A stretch of 57,860 nt of DNA, taken from positions 1 to 57,860 of the IMG/VR virus record IMGVR_UViG_3300028920_002366. One strand, written 5' to 3'. Positions 9,037 to 18,577 of the stretch are shown one piece after another; the first letter of the stretch is position 1, and every line of letters begins with the position of its first letter. The DNA is from a virus (lineage: Duplodnaviria; Caudoviricetes). The notes under the pieces are model-generated. The model made no database searches, was not told the origin of the DNA, and saw only the letters and a program-made list of their open reading frames with translations. The translations under genes and the position numbers were made by a program.

Positions 9037-9915
9037 ATGCCGACACTATATCGCACAGACGGAACAATAATCGATAGCTCTAACAAGTTGTCGCTCACAG
9101 AGTTAGTAAGGAATAACAAAGATAAACTTTCGGAAGGTGATCTCCGGAAGGCCGATCTCCGTGGAGTCTATATCCGGAAGGCCAATCTCAGTTTCGCCGA
9201 TCTCCGGGAATCCGATCTCCGGGAATCCGATCTCCGGGAATCCGATCTCCAGGGAGCCGATTTCCGGAAAGTCGATTTCAGAAAAGCCAATCTCAGTTTC
9301 GCCGATCTCCGGGAAGTTAATTTCAGTTTCGCCAATCTCAGTTTCGCCGATCTCCAGAAAGCCGATCTCCTGGAATCCGATCTCCGGGAATCCGATCTCC
9401 AGGGAGCCGATTTCCGGAAAGTCGATTTCAGAAAAGCCGATCTCCGTTACGCCAATCTCCGGGAAGCCTATATCAGAAAAGCCAATCTCAGTTTCGCCAA
9501 TCTCCGGGAAGCCAATCTCAGTTTCGCAGATCTCAGTTTCGCCGATCTCCGAAAAGCCGATCTCCGAAAAGCCGATCTCCGAAAAGCAAATCTCCGCTGG
9601 TCTATAATCGACGAGGCAGACCTCCGCAACGCAAAATACGACTATGAGACAGTAATGCTTCAAGTTAATTGGGAAAAACTCTCCGACGAACTCACCTTAG
9701 AACTCATGCGCCAGGACGCGCAGCTTATCGGAGAAGAAATGATAACCAATTGGTCTAATGGCGGCGAATGTCCTTATGTATTTTTGGTAAGAAAACGAGA
9801 TTTCATATTCAAAGAAAGAAAGAAGCTCTGGAAAACCGGAAAACCAAAATACGGAAAAGATCAGACACGTGAGCTGTTTGAAGCTCTTTGTGAGGAGAAA
9901 GGGGTGAAGGTCTGA
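9037..9915 (+). CDS. Pentapeptide repeat protein, copy D
   Basis: Conserved caps and repeats. Confidence 0.9.
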   Translation: MPTLYRTDGTIIDSSNKLSLTELVRNNKDKLSEGDLRKADLRGVYIRKANLSFADLRESDLRESDLRESDLQGADFRKVDFRKANLSFADLREVNFSFANLSFADLQKADLLESDLRESDLQGADFRKVDFRKADLRYANLREAYIRKANLSFANLREANLSFADLSFADLRKADLRKADLRKANLRWSIIDEADLRNAKYDYETVMLQVNWEKLSDELTLELMRQDAQLIGEEMITNWSNGGECPYVFLVRKRDFIFKERKKLWKTGKPKYGKDQTRELFEALCEEKGVKV

Positions 9916-10103
9916 TGTCAGTGATATTATGTATAGTAATAATACTATATTCTGTATTTACGCAACTTTCTATAGTGTTATTTAGACTGTTTTTAGAAGA
10001 TTTTTATGAAAACAACAAAACACTATGTGTTGTATTATCAACGTTTTGGGTGATAACGGTACCAGTTATATTAATTAAGTGGGTTTTCGAGGAGATATTT
10101 TAA
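9915..10103 (+). CDS. Small membrane protein
   Basis: Two hydrophobic segments; TGATG and TAATG overlaps with its neighbours. Confidence 0.6.
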   Translation: MSVILCIVIILYSVFTQLSIVLFRLFLEDFYENNKTLCVVLSTFWVITVPVILIKWVFEEIF

Positions 10104-10936
10104 TGAAAAAAATAAGCATTTACACATTCTTAACGTCAAATTCAAAGCTATACGCGGAATTACTTTATGCAACTATGATTAAATTTTGGTCTTATGAGAC
10201 TAATCTAAAATTTTTTTGTGTTGAGTCTAATAATTGCGATGGTTCGCCAAATTTTTGGGAGACAATCAAAAAGACAAAAAATAATAAAGGTCACAATTGC
10301 TATAACCATGCTCATGCTATGCATATAGCACAAACTCACGCAAAGTCAAGTAATTGCGACTATTGTATATTCGTTGATTGTGACATAGCTATATTGTACC
10401 CAAGCTGGGACCTTGTAGTATGTAGCGAATTAGAGTGTAATGATATATTTGGAACTGCATTTGGTGATGATAGTGTACAATATAATAGATTTCCTAATGT
10501 GTTCTTTTTTTGTTTTAGGAAGGATGTTTTTGGTGGTGATTTTGAATTTGATTTTAGCCCTGATATTGACAAAAACGGATCGCCAAAAAGAATACGATTA
10601 ACTGATATAGACAGGGCGTACCTCAAAGACCAAGACAAAAAAATATTAAAATGTGATACAGGTTGGAAAATTCCCTTTTTGGCACATTTCTACAGCATGA
10701 AGGGTAGTTATATGCCGAGGGTTTTGGGTAGCGACAAAAATTCAAAATTACCTTATTCTGGCCAAGAACAAAAAATAAAATGTATAGAAAAACCATTACA
10801 CATGGCGGAGTGGCATTATAAAAACGAACTTTACCTCACACACAAACAAGCATCAAGAAACCATCCTCTCAATGGTGTTTGGGGGTCGATCTGGAAAGCT
10901 CGAATTGATACATATATAAAATTAACTGGATTTTAG
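10103..10936 (+). CDS. Putative GT-A glycosyltransferase-like protein
   Basis: CIFVDCDI (DxD) and DTGW motifs. Start moved to ATG 10103. Confidence 0.5.
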   Translation: MKKISIYTFLTSNSKLYAELLYATMIKFWSYETNLKFFCVESNNCDGSPNFWETIKKTKNNKGHNCYNHAHAMHIAQTHAKSSNCDYCIFVDCDIAILYPSWDLVVCSELECNDIFGTAFGDDSVQYNRFPNVFFFCFRKDVFGGDFEFDFSPDIDKNGSPKRIRLTDIDRAYLKDQDKKILKCDTGWKIPFLAHFYSMKGSYMPRVLGSDKNSKLPYSGQEQKIKCIEKPLHMAEWHYKNELYLTHKQASRNHPLNGVWGSIWKARIDTYIKLTGF

Positions 10937-11003
10937 GGGTTTCTTGTGGTAATATTACTAATGTTTGTTTATTTTACAAAGACAAAGACGAGGAGGAATA
11001 AAT

Positions 11004-12002
11004 ATGACAGTTGACCCAATTATGGCGAATTATATACATGGATCAAGCAAAAAAGAAAACATAAACAACTGGCTAGAAACCAGAAAAAAAGGTATAGGTG
11101 GTAGTGATATAGCATCTATTGCGGGCCTAAACCCATGGAGAAATTCAACAGACGTATACCTTGACAAATTGGGTCTTATAAAAACAGAGGCTAATGAACA
11201 AATGAAAATTGGTCTAGTCCTTGAAGATCCTATAGCAATTATATATTCTGGGCAAAAAAAAGTGTTGCTTGAAGAAATTGATTATGTATTACAACACGAT
11301 GAATATGAATTTTGTCTTGCTAATATAGATCGATTAATAAAAAAAACAATAATTGATGATATAGATAATGACACAACAGAAGCTTTGAAAAAATATGGGG
11401 AAGGTATCTTAGAGATTAAAAATACCAGAAGAGGCGAAGATTGGGTAGATGGAAAAGTGCCGAATTATTATATGTGCCAACTACAGTGGTATCTCGGCAT
11501 AACTGGGCTTCAATGGGGGCAATTCGCTGTGTTGATCAATGGTAGCAATTTTGTCACTTCTGAAATTATTATGTTTGATGAAAATTTGTTTCAGAAACTT
11601 GTTGAAATTGCTAATAATTTTTGGTATAATCATGTTAAGAAAAATATTCCACCATCACAAAATTTGGATATTAATCAGTTGTCAAAAATATACAAAACGA
11701 AAGATAATACAATAGTATTAGAAAACAATAAAACTGTTAATGAGATTTTAGATGAGAGAGAAAAAATATTGACCACTATCAATAAGTTAGAAAAAAGGAA
11801 AAAAGAAATAGATACAGAAATATATAACAATATTAAGGAAAACAAAAGTGGTTGTACTGACAAGTGGAGTATAACGAAAATAACAAGAAATAGTGTTAAT
11901 TTAGACTATAAAAGACTAAAAGAAGAACATTATGATATCTACCAAAAATTTAGCAAAAAAAGCGAATCAGTATATTTTATATATAAAAAAATAGGAGATT
12001 AA
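11004..12002 (+). CDS. yqaJ: YqaJ / lambda-exonuclease family recombination nuclease
   Basis: WLETRKKGIGGSD..I.GLNPW, ANIDR, LEIK, VPNYY.CQLQWY. AGGAGG RBS before ATG 11004. Confidence 0.92.
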   Translation: MTVDPIMANYIHGSSKKENINNWLETRKKGIGGSDIASIAGLNPWRNSTDVYLDKLGLIKTEANEQMKIGLVLEDPIAIIYSGQKKVLLEEIDYVLQHDEYEFCLANIDRLIKKTIIDDIDNDTTEALKKYGEGILEIKNTRRGEDWVDGKVPNYYMCQLQWYLGITGLQWGQFAVLINGSNFVTSEIIMFDENLFQKLVEIANNFWYNHVKKNIPPSQNLDINQLSKIYKTKDNTIVLENNKTVNEILDEREKILTTINKLEKRKKEIDTEIYNNIKENKSGCTDKWSITKITRNSVNLDYKRLKEEHYDIYQKFSKKSESVYFIYKKIGD

Positions 12003-12003
12003 A

Positions 12004-12897
12004 ATGCCAACACTATATCGCGCAGACGGAACAACAATAGATAGCTCTAACAAGTTGTCACTCACAGAGTTAGTAAGGAAGAACAAGGATAAACTTTCGG
12101 AAGCCGATCTCAGGAAAGTCAATCTCCAGGGAGCCGATCTAAGTTTCGCCAATCTTAGTTTTGCTGATCTCCGGAAAGCCAATCTACAGGGAGTCGATCT
12201 CCAGAGAGCCGATTTCAGAAAAGCCAATCTCAGTTACGCAAATCTCCGGGAAGCCGATCTCCGAAAAGCCAATCTCCAGGGAGCCGATTTCCGGGAAGTA
12301 GATCCCAGTTTCGCCAATCTCCGAAAAGCCGATCTCCGAAAAGCCAATCTCAGTTACGCAAATCTCCGGGAAGCCAATATCAGTTGCGTTGATCTCAGTA
12401 GCGTTGATCTTAGTTATGCCAATCTCAGTTTCGCCAATCTCCGGAAATCCGATCTCAGTTTCGCCAATCTCAGTTTCGCCGATCTCCAGAAAGCCAATCT
12501 CCAGGGGTCCGATCTCAGTTTCGCCAATCTCCGGAAAGCCAATCTCAGTTTCGCCGATCTCCAGGAAGTAGATTTTCGCGGGTCGATAATCGATGATGCA
12601 GATCTCCGCAACGCGAAATATGACTACAAAACCCTAATGCTTCAAGTGAATTGGGAAAAACTTTCCGACGAACTCACACTCGAACTCATGCGCCAGGACG
12701 CGCAATTAATTGGAGAAGACATGATAACAGCCTGGGCTAATGGCGGCGAATGTCCTTACGAAGTTCTGTACAGAGATCGAGATTTCAAATTCAATGTAAA
12801 AAAACACCTCTGGAAAACCGGAAAACCGAAATACGGGGAAAATCAAATGAGACAACTTTTTGATGCGCTTTGTGAGGAGAAGGGTGTGAAAATATAA
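12004..12897 (+). CDS. Pentapeptide repeat protein, copy E
   Basis: Conserved caps and repeats. Confidence 0.9.
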   Translation: MPTLYRADGTTIDSSNKLSLTELVRKNKDKLSEADLRKVNLQGADLSFANLSFADLRKANLQGVDLQRADFRKANLSYANLREADLRKANLQGADFREVDPSFANLRKADLRKANLSYANLREANISCVDLSSVDLSYANLSFANLRKSDLSFANLSFADLQKANLQGSDLSFANLRKANLSFADLQEVDFRGSIIDDADLRNAKYDYKTLMLQVNWEKLSDELTLELMRQDAQLIGEDMITAWANGGECPYEVLYRDRDFKFNVKKHLWKTGKPKYGENQMRQLFDALCEEKGVKI

Positions 12898-13280
12898 TGG
12901 AAAGAGTTGAGATAATATCTGATTAATGCTAAATCATCATTTCTAAGTTTTGAGGTTACTTGATACATTTTTTTCATATCAAAATAATTAAGATTTTTTG
13001 ACTTTAAATAATCATCTCGTGTTTTGATATATTCGTCAACATCTGATTTAATCCGAAACATATGACACTTATAACACAATGTCATTCCATTTTCAATAAG
13101 AAACCAAGAATGTTTGTTGTTTTTTGTAATACCCCTAGATACAATATGGTGAGCTTGAAGACGGTCAGTAGCACCACACCATACACAATAAGGAGTGTTT
13201 TTTCTAATAATTTTTGACCATAATCCAAGTAATTTATTGATCTCAATTGTTCTTTTTTTTTGTTTAGATATTTTCTTCAT
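12843..13280 (-). CDS. HNH endonuclease (NinG-like)
   Basis: CVWCG..LQAHHI...NGMTLCYKCH. It is the only credible minus-strand gene. Confidence 0.8.
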   Translation of the reverse strand: MKKISKQKKRTIEINKLLGLWSKIIRKNTPYCVWCGATDRLQAHHIVSRGITKNNKHSWFLIENGMTLCYKCHMFRIKSDVDEYIKTRDDYLKSKNLNYFDMKKMYQVTSKLRNDDLALIRYYLNSFHYIFTPFSSQSASKSCLI

Positions 13281-13315
13281 AAGTAATTGATTTAATTTAA
13301 AATAAGAAATAAGTG

Positions 13316-13344
13316 TTGAAAGTTTCGTAAAAAAGTGTTACAAT
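13316..13344 (+). promoter_or_regulatory. sigma70-type promoter
   Basis: TTGAAA-17-TACAAT; same sequence as 79-107. Confidence 0.7.
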
Positions 13345-13382
13345 TATAATATAAGATAAAACACGCAAAAAAGGAGAAAAAA

Positions 13383-13580
13383 ATGAAAACACTCGAACAA
13401 GAACTCAAAGAAATGCAAACACATCATGAAGATGAAATTGCTAAACACATAGAAGAAGAATCTAAAAGAATTAAAGAAATAGAAAATGTGGTTAAAAAAG
13501 CTTACGAATTAGTTGATTATCTAAATCGCATCTCTGAAGAAAATAATGTTGAAGAATTAAGAAAATATATCTATAATTAG
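13383..13580 (+). CDS. Small coiled-coil hypothetical protein
   Basis: Preceded by a promoter and an AAGGAG RBS. Confidence 0.7.
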   Translation: MKTLEQELKEMQTHHEDEIAKHIEEESKRIKEIENVVKKAYELVDYLNRISEENNVEELRKYIYN

Positions 13581-13592
13581 AAAGAGGACATA

Positions 13593-13868
13593 ATGTATAA
13601 TATTAGAGTAATTATTGTTGTAATCATTATATTTTGCCCTTTGATTGTGAGTGCTGGTAATTTTGATACTGCAACAATCAAAATAGTTGAAATAGAAAGG
13701 ACTTACGAATTTGGTCTTCCGAAAAAAGATACAGTAATGTGTACTGTTTTCTATCTAAAAAATTCAGTTTATCATCCTAACGGAAAACATTGGTATTTGA
13801 AAGGATTACATGGACAAGATTTTATTTCAGAAAAACAACCAAAAATATTAAGAATTGTTGAAAAATAA
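13593..13868 (+). CDS. Hypothetical protein with signal peptide
   Basis: Hydrophobic N-terminus ending in VSA; RBS present. Confidence 0.6.
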   Translation: MYNIRVIIVVIIIFCPLIVSAGNFDTATIKIVEIERTYEFGLPKKDTVMCTVFYLKNSVYHPNGKHWYLKGLHGQDFISEKQPKILRIVEK

Positions 13869-13881
13869 CAAAGGAGGAAGT

Positions 13882-14274
13882 ATGAAAATAACACCAGAAA
13901 TGAGAGAAAAGGTCCGATCGATAATTAGAGATGATGTTTCAGAAATAAAAAAGTGTCATATTGTTGAAGAGATTATGTCTATATTAGTAGAAAAAGGGTT
14001 AGATATTTGCTCAATAGGTAAGATTGTTCATAAATTCAAATATTATGTAAAATCTGGGTTTTCGGTTGAGCTTTTAAGACTGAGGGATGATTGCAAAAAA
14101 ATAACACCAGAATTTATTACGAAAACACCTAAATCAAATCATTACTCTATACACAAAGACAACTACAGTAATACACGTTCTGAAAAATCTAGTATTAACC
14201 AGGATGACGTAATTAATCTAAAAATAACCCTTGAAACATGTGAATCAATAGAAAAATTTTTGGAGGCAATATAG
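13882..14274 (+). CDS. Hypothetical protein
   Basis: AAGGAGG RBS before ATG 13882. Confidence 0.6.
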   Translation: MKITPEMREKVRSIIRDDVSEIKKCHIVEEIMSILVEKGLDICSIGKIVHKFKYYVKSGFSVELLRLRDDCKKITPEFITKTPKSNHYSIHKDNYSNTRSEKSSINQDDVINLKITLETCESIEKFLEAI

Positions 14275-15234
14275 TTGAAATATCCTTATTTAGTAATACT
14301 TTACGGTAAGTTTTCAAACAAGTTTAACGAAAAACAACAAAAAATGATAGACGGTAACTCTGTGTGTGGTTACCGTCCGTACGCAAAAGAATTTGGGGAA
14401 ATAATATATCTATCAAAGCAAAATATATCAGAATCGTGGGAAAAATGGATTACCAAGAAAGATTTTTTGATTGATTATCTAAGAATGAAAAAAAAGAAAA
14501 ACCCTGATATGGTAATTTGGTCTATTAAGCACGATGTAAAGAAAGACGAGGTATTAGCTGAATTCGATAACACAGTATATTATTCGTGTTGTGCATATCA
14601 TACAAACAACAAAGCTGCAAAAATATCTCTGGTTGATACTGTCGAAAGGAAAAAATCTCCAAACCAAAAATTATGGGTGAAAGGTAAGGACCCTATATTT
14701 TGGGTGCCTGATTACAAATTTAGAAAAGAATATGATTTCCTTCTTATTGGTAGGCGTGGAGACAAAAACGAGCTGTTTTTTATTGACAAAATGAAAAATA
14801 AAAAAGTAAAAATTCTTTGGATAGGCGGGCAAAAATTCAGTTCTCAGATAAAAAAAATAATAATAAACAAACCAATTCAAGTTGTTACCACAAAGTTTTT
14901 AGGCCTTGACGAAATCGTAAAAGAAATAAACAAAGCTAAAATAGGTATAATTCTTTCAGAAATACCAGCAGAGGGATTCCCACAAACATTTCTTGAAATG
15001 AATATGTGTGGTCTCCCTGTGATAATGCTAGAAAAATTCAAAATACAAAAATGTTATAAACAAAACTGCTTGACAATCTATGATAAAAACGATATAATGA
15101 AAAAGGCTGAAGAATTTATTTTGATATATAACAAAAATGGTAAACATCTGATGGTTTGTACAATTAGGGCACATGCAAAAGACGATTACTCTCTCAAAAA
15201 AAGTTACAAAAGCATATTGGACGGGCTAAAATGA
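14275..15234 (+). CDS. GT-B glycosyltransferase (paralog of 27125)
   Basis: KEYD..IG and EGFPQTFLEMNMCGLPV motifs. Confidence 0.75.
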   Translation: MKYPYLVILYGKFSNKFNEKQQKMIDGNSVCGYRPYAKEFGEIIYLSKQNISESWEKWITKKDFLIDYLRMKKKKNPDMVIWSIKHDVKKDEVLAEFDNTVYYSCCAYHTNNKAAKISLVDTVERKKSPNQKLWVKGKDPIFWVPDYKFRKEYDFLLIGRRGDKNELFFIDKMKNKKVKILWIGGQKFSSQIKKIIINKPIQVVTTKFLGLDEIVKEINKAKIGIILSEIPAEGFPQTFLEMNMCGLPVIMLEKFKIQKCYKQNCLTIYDKNDIMKKAEEFILIYNKNGKHLMVCTIRAHAKDDYSLKKSYKSILDGLK

Positions 15235-15437
15235 ACGAAATAACAAAAGCTACACTAAAGAACTTGTGTATAGATATAACAACTCTTAATTTGAAAATCA
15301 CAAAAGGATTGATAAGTATTAATCAGTATGAAGATATAGTTGATATATATATTGATAACACAATTAATGAATTAGAAATATTGAGAGTAACGCCTCGAAT
15401 TATTTATAAGGATAATTTTTTTGAAAGGTATAACTAA
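15231..15437 (+). CDS. Hypothetical protein
   Basis: Overlap-coupled to both neighbours. Confidence 0.55.
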   Translation: MNEITKATLKNLCIDITTLNLKITKGLISINQYEDIVDIYIDNTINELEILRVTPRIIYKDNFFERYN

Positions 15438-16213
15438 TGTCTGGTCTAGTAATAACAATGTCTGACAAAGATTATTTCCATAATGGAGAATTATTCCTAG
15501 AAACGAGGGGAAAAATAGACGCAGATTTTGTTTTATACACCCCAAATCTAACTGATGGGCAAATCAAAATATGTTGGAAAAAAGATATTGAAGTTAAAAA
15601 AGTTGATCAACAGATATGGGATATAAGAATGCAAACTTTGAAGTTCTGTTTTTTGTTAGAGTATGTTAATAGTTCTATCTTTGGAAAAAAAACAAAATTA
15701 ATAACTTTTTGTGATTTTGATACATTTTTTGTTAACCAATTTGAGGATGTAATTATAAAAAAATATAAAAAATTATTTGAAAACAATTGTAATGCTATAC
15801 CTGTTGGCACTACAATTACAGAAGGTTTTCCACAATACAATTATGATAGGTCGAAAGTGAACGCTGGTGTTATTTTTGTTTTGCCTTGTGAAACATCTGC
15901 TGTTTTTTTGCAGTTTGCGACTAAATGTGTTAATTACGGAGGAATGAAATCATTACCTGAGTACGACAAAATATTTAGAACTTTAGAACAAGGAAGATCT
16001 ATCAAAAAAACACATACAAGATGGAATCAAAGATGGTGGTGTGACCAAGTGTTCCTGTCTGCCATATATCTTAATCCAAACTACGTAACATTAGATTTAC
16101 CGTGTCAAAAATTTAACTTTTTGGATTCAGAACCAAAGCTAAAAGAAGAAGAAGATGTTTACATAAGGCACCTAAAGTCAAAAGGAAGAAAAAGTTTAAA
16201 AAAAGGGGAATAA
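15437..16213 (+). CDS. GT-A nucleotide-sugar transferase-like protein
   Basis: DFDTFF (DxD), NAGV, DQ..L and LPC..FN motifs. Confidence 0.65.
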   Translation: MSGLVITMSDKDYFHNGELFLETRGKIDADFVLYTPNLTDGQIKICWKKDIEVKKVDQQIWDIRMQTLKFCFLLEYVNSSIFGKKTKLITFCDFDTFFVNQFEDVIIKKYKKLFENNCNAIPVGTTITEGFPQYNYDRSKVNAGVIFVLPCETSAVFLQFATKCVNYGGMKSLPEYDKIFRTLEQGRSIKKTHTRWNQRWWCDQVFLSAIYLNPNYVTLDLPCQKFNFLDSEPKLKEEEDVYIRHLKSKGRKSLKKGE

Positions 16214-16214
16214 C

Positions 16215-16901
16215 ATGGTTGATATTTGTATAACAGCCACACTAAGACCAGAAATATTAAAAAGAACATTAGTTAGTTTTCGTATAGCAAATTCATTTGA
16301 TTTGTCGAAATATAAAGCAATATTAAATATTGATTGCTCACCAAAAAAAAGATTAGATTGTGATGCTGATGTTGTTGAAATTTTAGACTTGACAAAATAT
16401 TACTTTAAAATAAGAAAATATCGAATAGTTCCATACAACCAAGCGTCTTTTTCGCTTGCTACGAAATGGTGTTGGGAAAATACTGTGTCAAAGTATGTAT
16501 ATAATATAGAAGATGATTGGTATTTCGTAAAAAAATTTAGCATTGACAGGTGTATTAAATTAATTAATTCAGAATATGATATGGTTAGACTAAGCCAAAA
16601 AAAGAAACCTTTTTTGACAAAAGAAGAGAGAAACAAAATAACTCTTGCACCATCACTTTGGAGGGGTGATATATTAAGAAATTTTGCAAAAAAAATAAAT
16701 AAGCATTATTGACCAGAAGCACAGCTGAGACGTGGTTTCGGTAATTTTAAAAATATTGACAAAATAAAAATAAAAGAATACGGGAACAATCAATATATTA
16801 GTAATATAGGTTTACAATGGAGAAAAGAAAATAATATAACAAGATGGAGCGACAAAAAAAAAGAGGAAAAAATTACATGGAAAGAAAACAACCACAAATA
16901 G
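16215..16901 (+). pseudogene. GT2-like glycosyltransferase interrupted by in-frame TGA at 16710-16712
   Basis: TAT.RP.IL.RT, NID and EDDW motifs. The frame continues PEAQLR...NIGLQW to TAG 16899-16901 and aligns with paralog 17096 (NPETQ...DIGRDW). Confidence 0.65.
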
Positions 16902-17095
16902 TTGCATTGAAAATAATAGCACAGTGCCCCTATTGTTTACGGGATCAGTACAAAAACTATACTATCGCAGGAGGTGCCTACCATACCAAAGTCAGTAATA
17001 TTGACAAAATTATTGATAATGTTTTTTGTGTTTTTTGTGGCAAAAAATTTGTGTTAGATATGGTAAAAAAACAAACCAGAAACAAAGGAAATTAA
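16877..17095 (+). CDS. Zn-ribbon-like small protein
   Basis: CPYC and CVFC motifs. Confidence 0.55.
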   Translation: MERKQPQIVALKIIAQCPYCLRDQYKNYTIAGGAYHTKVSNIDKIIDNVFCVFCGKKFVLDMVKKQTRNKGN

Positions 17096-17839
17096 ATGGA
17101 TATAAATAATATCGATTTCACCACAACAGCTATGCCGAGACCAAAAATTTTGCGAAGGACATATAGATCTTTTGCGCAAAAAATGAAAGGCCTCAAACTT
17201 AATCAAAACACTCTGTATATTAATATAGACCCTTTTCCATATGACAGCGATGATGAGTATATTGATATATGTAATATAAGAGAGCAATGCATTGATGTTG
17301 CAAAATCATTTTTTCAAAAAGTTGTAAGCAGGCAGCCAAAAAAGCCTAATTATACATCTGCATATGATTGGTTGTGGCACAGTGCAAAAAGCGAAATAAT
17401 ATTCAATCTGGAGGATGATTGGGAGCTTAATACAGCTATTGATGTTAATCAATTGCTTCAATTTTTTCGTAATTCAAAAACATTATACCAAGTTGTATTA
17501 AGAGCTTATCCTTACAAATATCCTTGTACATGTACTTCGCCTGGGTTTCTCCATAGGAGATATTATTCTAGATTGGGTGGGAAAATGGATAGTAATCGCA
17601 ATCCAGAAACCCAAACACATTCAAGGACTGATTTTGGGATATTTATTCCAAACAAAAAAAACTGTAAGAATCCAGAAAAATACGTAATAGCTTATCCCAC
17701 CCTAAGGTCAAAAATAATTGTAGATGATATTGGTAGGGATTGGTTAGCGAAATCACCATACACAAGACCCCAAATGTTACCTGCAGATGATCCAAGGTAT
17801 AAGAAAAAAGATAAATTTTTAGCATGGCTGAAAAAATAG
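17096..17839 (+). CDS. GT2-like glycosyltransferase
   Basis: TTAMPRP, INIDP and FNLEDDW motifs. Confidence 0.7.
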   Translation: MDINNIDFTTTAMPRPKILRRTYRSFAQKMKGLKLNQNTLYINIDPFPYDSDDEYIDICNIREQCIDVAKSFFQKVVSRQPKKPNYTSAYDWLWHSAKSEIIFNLEDDWELNTAIDVNQLLQFFRNSKTLYQVVLRAYPYKYPCTCTSPGFLHRRYYSRLGGKMDSNRNPETQTHSRTDFGIFIPNKKNCKNPEKYVIAYPTLRSKIIVDDIGRDWLAKSPYTRPQMLPADDPRYKKKDKFLAWLKK

Positions 17840-17848
17840 GAGATTAAA

Positions 17849-18577
17849 ATGCCAACACTATATCGCACAGACGGAGCAACAATAGATAGCTCTAACAAGT
17901 TATCACTCAAAGAGTTAGTAATGAAGAATAAAGATAAACTTACGGAAGTCGATCTCCGGAAGACCAATCTTCGGGGAGTCGATCTCAGTTTCGTCAATCT
18001 CAGTTTTGCTGATCTCCAGGGAGCAGATCTCCGTTTCGCTAATCTCCGAGAAGCCAATCTCCGGAAAGCCGATCTCCTGGGAGCCAATCTCCGAAAAGCC
18101 AATCTCAGTTACGCCAATCTCCGGGGAGCCGATTTCCGGGAAGCAAATCTCAAATCAACCAACCTCAAATCGGTCAACCTTTTCGGGGCAGATTGCAGTT
18201 TTGCTAATGCCCAAAAAACTAACCTTCGAGACATTGATTTGCGAGGAGTTGATTTGTGTCTGTTAAAAATAGCAGAGGCAGACCTCCGCAACGCAAAATA
18301 CGATTACAAAACCCTAATGCTTCAAGTGGATTGGGAAAAACTCTCCGATGAACTCACCTTAGAACTCATGCGCCAGGACGCGCAATTAATCGGAGAAGAA
18401 CTGATAACCGATTGGTCTAATGGCGGCGAATGTCCTTATGTAGTTTTAGATAAGTATCGAGACTTCAAATTCAAAGAAAAAATGAAACTCTGGAAACCCG
18501 GAAAACCAAAATACGGAAAAGATCAGATGCGGGATCTTTTTAAGGCTCTTTGTGAGGAGAAAGGGGTGAAGATCTGA
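17849..18577 (+). CDS. Pentapeptide repeat protein, copy F
   Basis: Conserved caps and repeats. Confidence 0.9.
   Translation: MPTLYRTDGATIDSSNKLSLKELVMKNKDKLTEVDLRKTNLRGVDLSFVNLSFADLQGADLRFANLREANLRKADLLGANLRKANLSYANLRGADFREANLKSTNLKSVNLFGADCSFANAQKTNLRDIDLRGVDLCLLKIAEADLRNAKYDYKTLMLQVDWEKLSDELTLELMRQDAQLIGEELITDWSNGGECPYVVLDKYRDFKFKEKMKLWKPGKPKYGKDQMRDLFKALCEEKGVKI

Noticed and set aside
9037-9915. Qnr quinolone-resistance genes
   Set aside because: Only the generic pentapeptide pattern is shared. The caps and repeat composition do not resemble Qnr.
16710-16712. Genome-wide stop-codon reassignment or selenocysteine
   Set aside because: TGA, TAG and TAA all end well-defined genes, often in ATGA overlaps, and coding density is high under code 11. 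The paralog has Asn, not Cys, at this site.
1444-18577. IS elements, integron cassettes or an invertible shufflon
   Set aside because: I found no transposase or site-specific recombinase, no terminal inverted repeats or attC-like palindromes, and all copies are in direct orientation.
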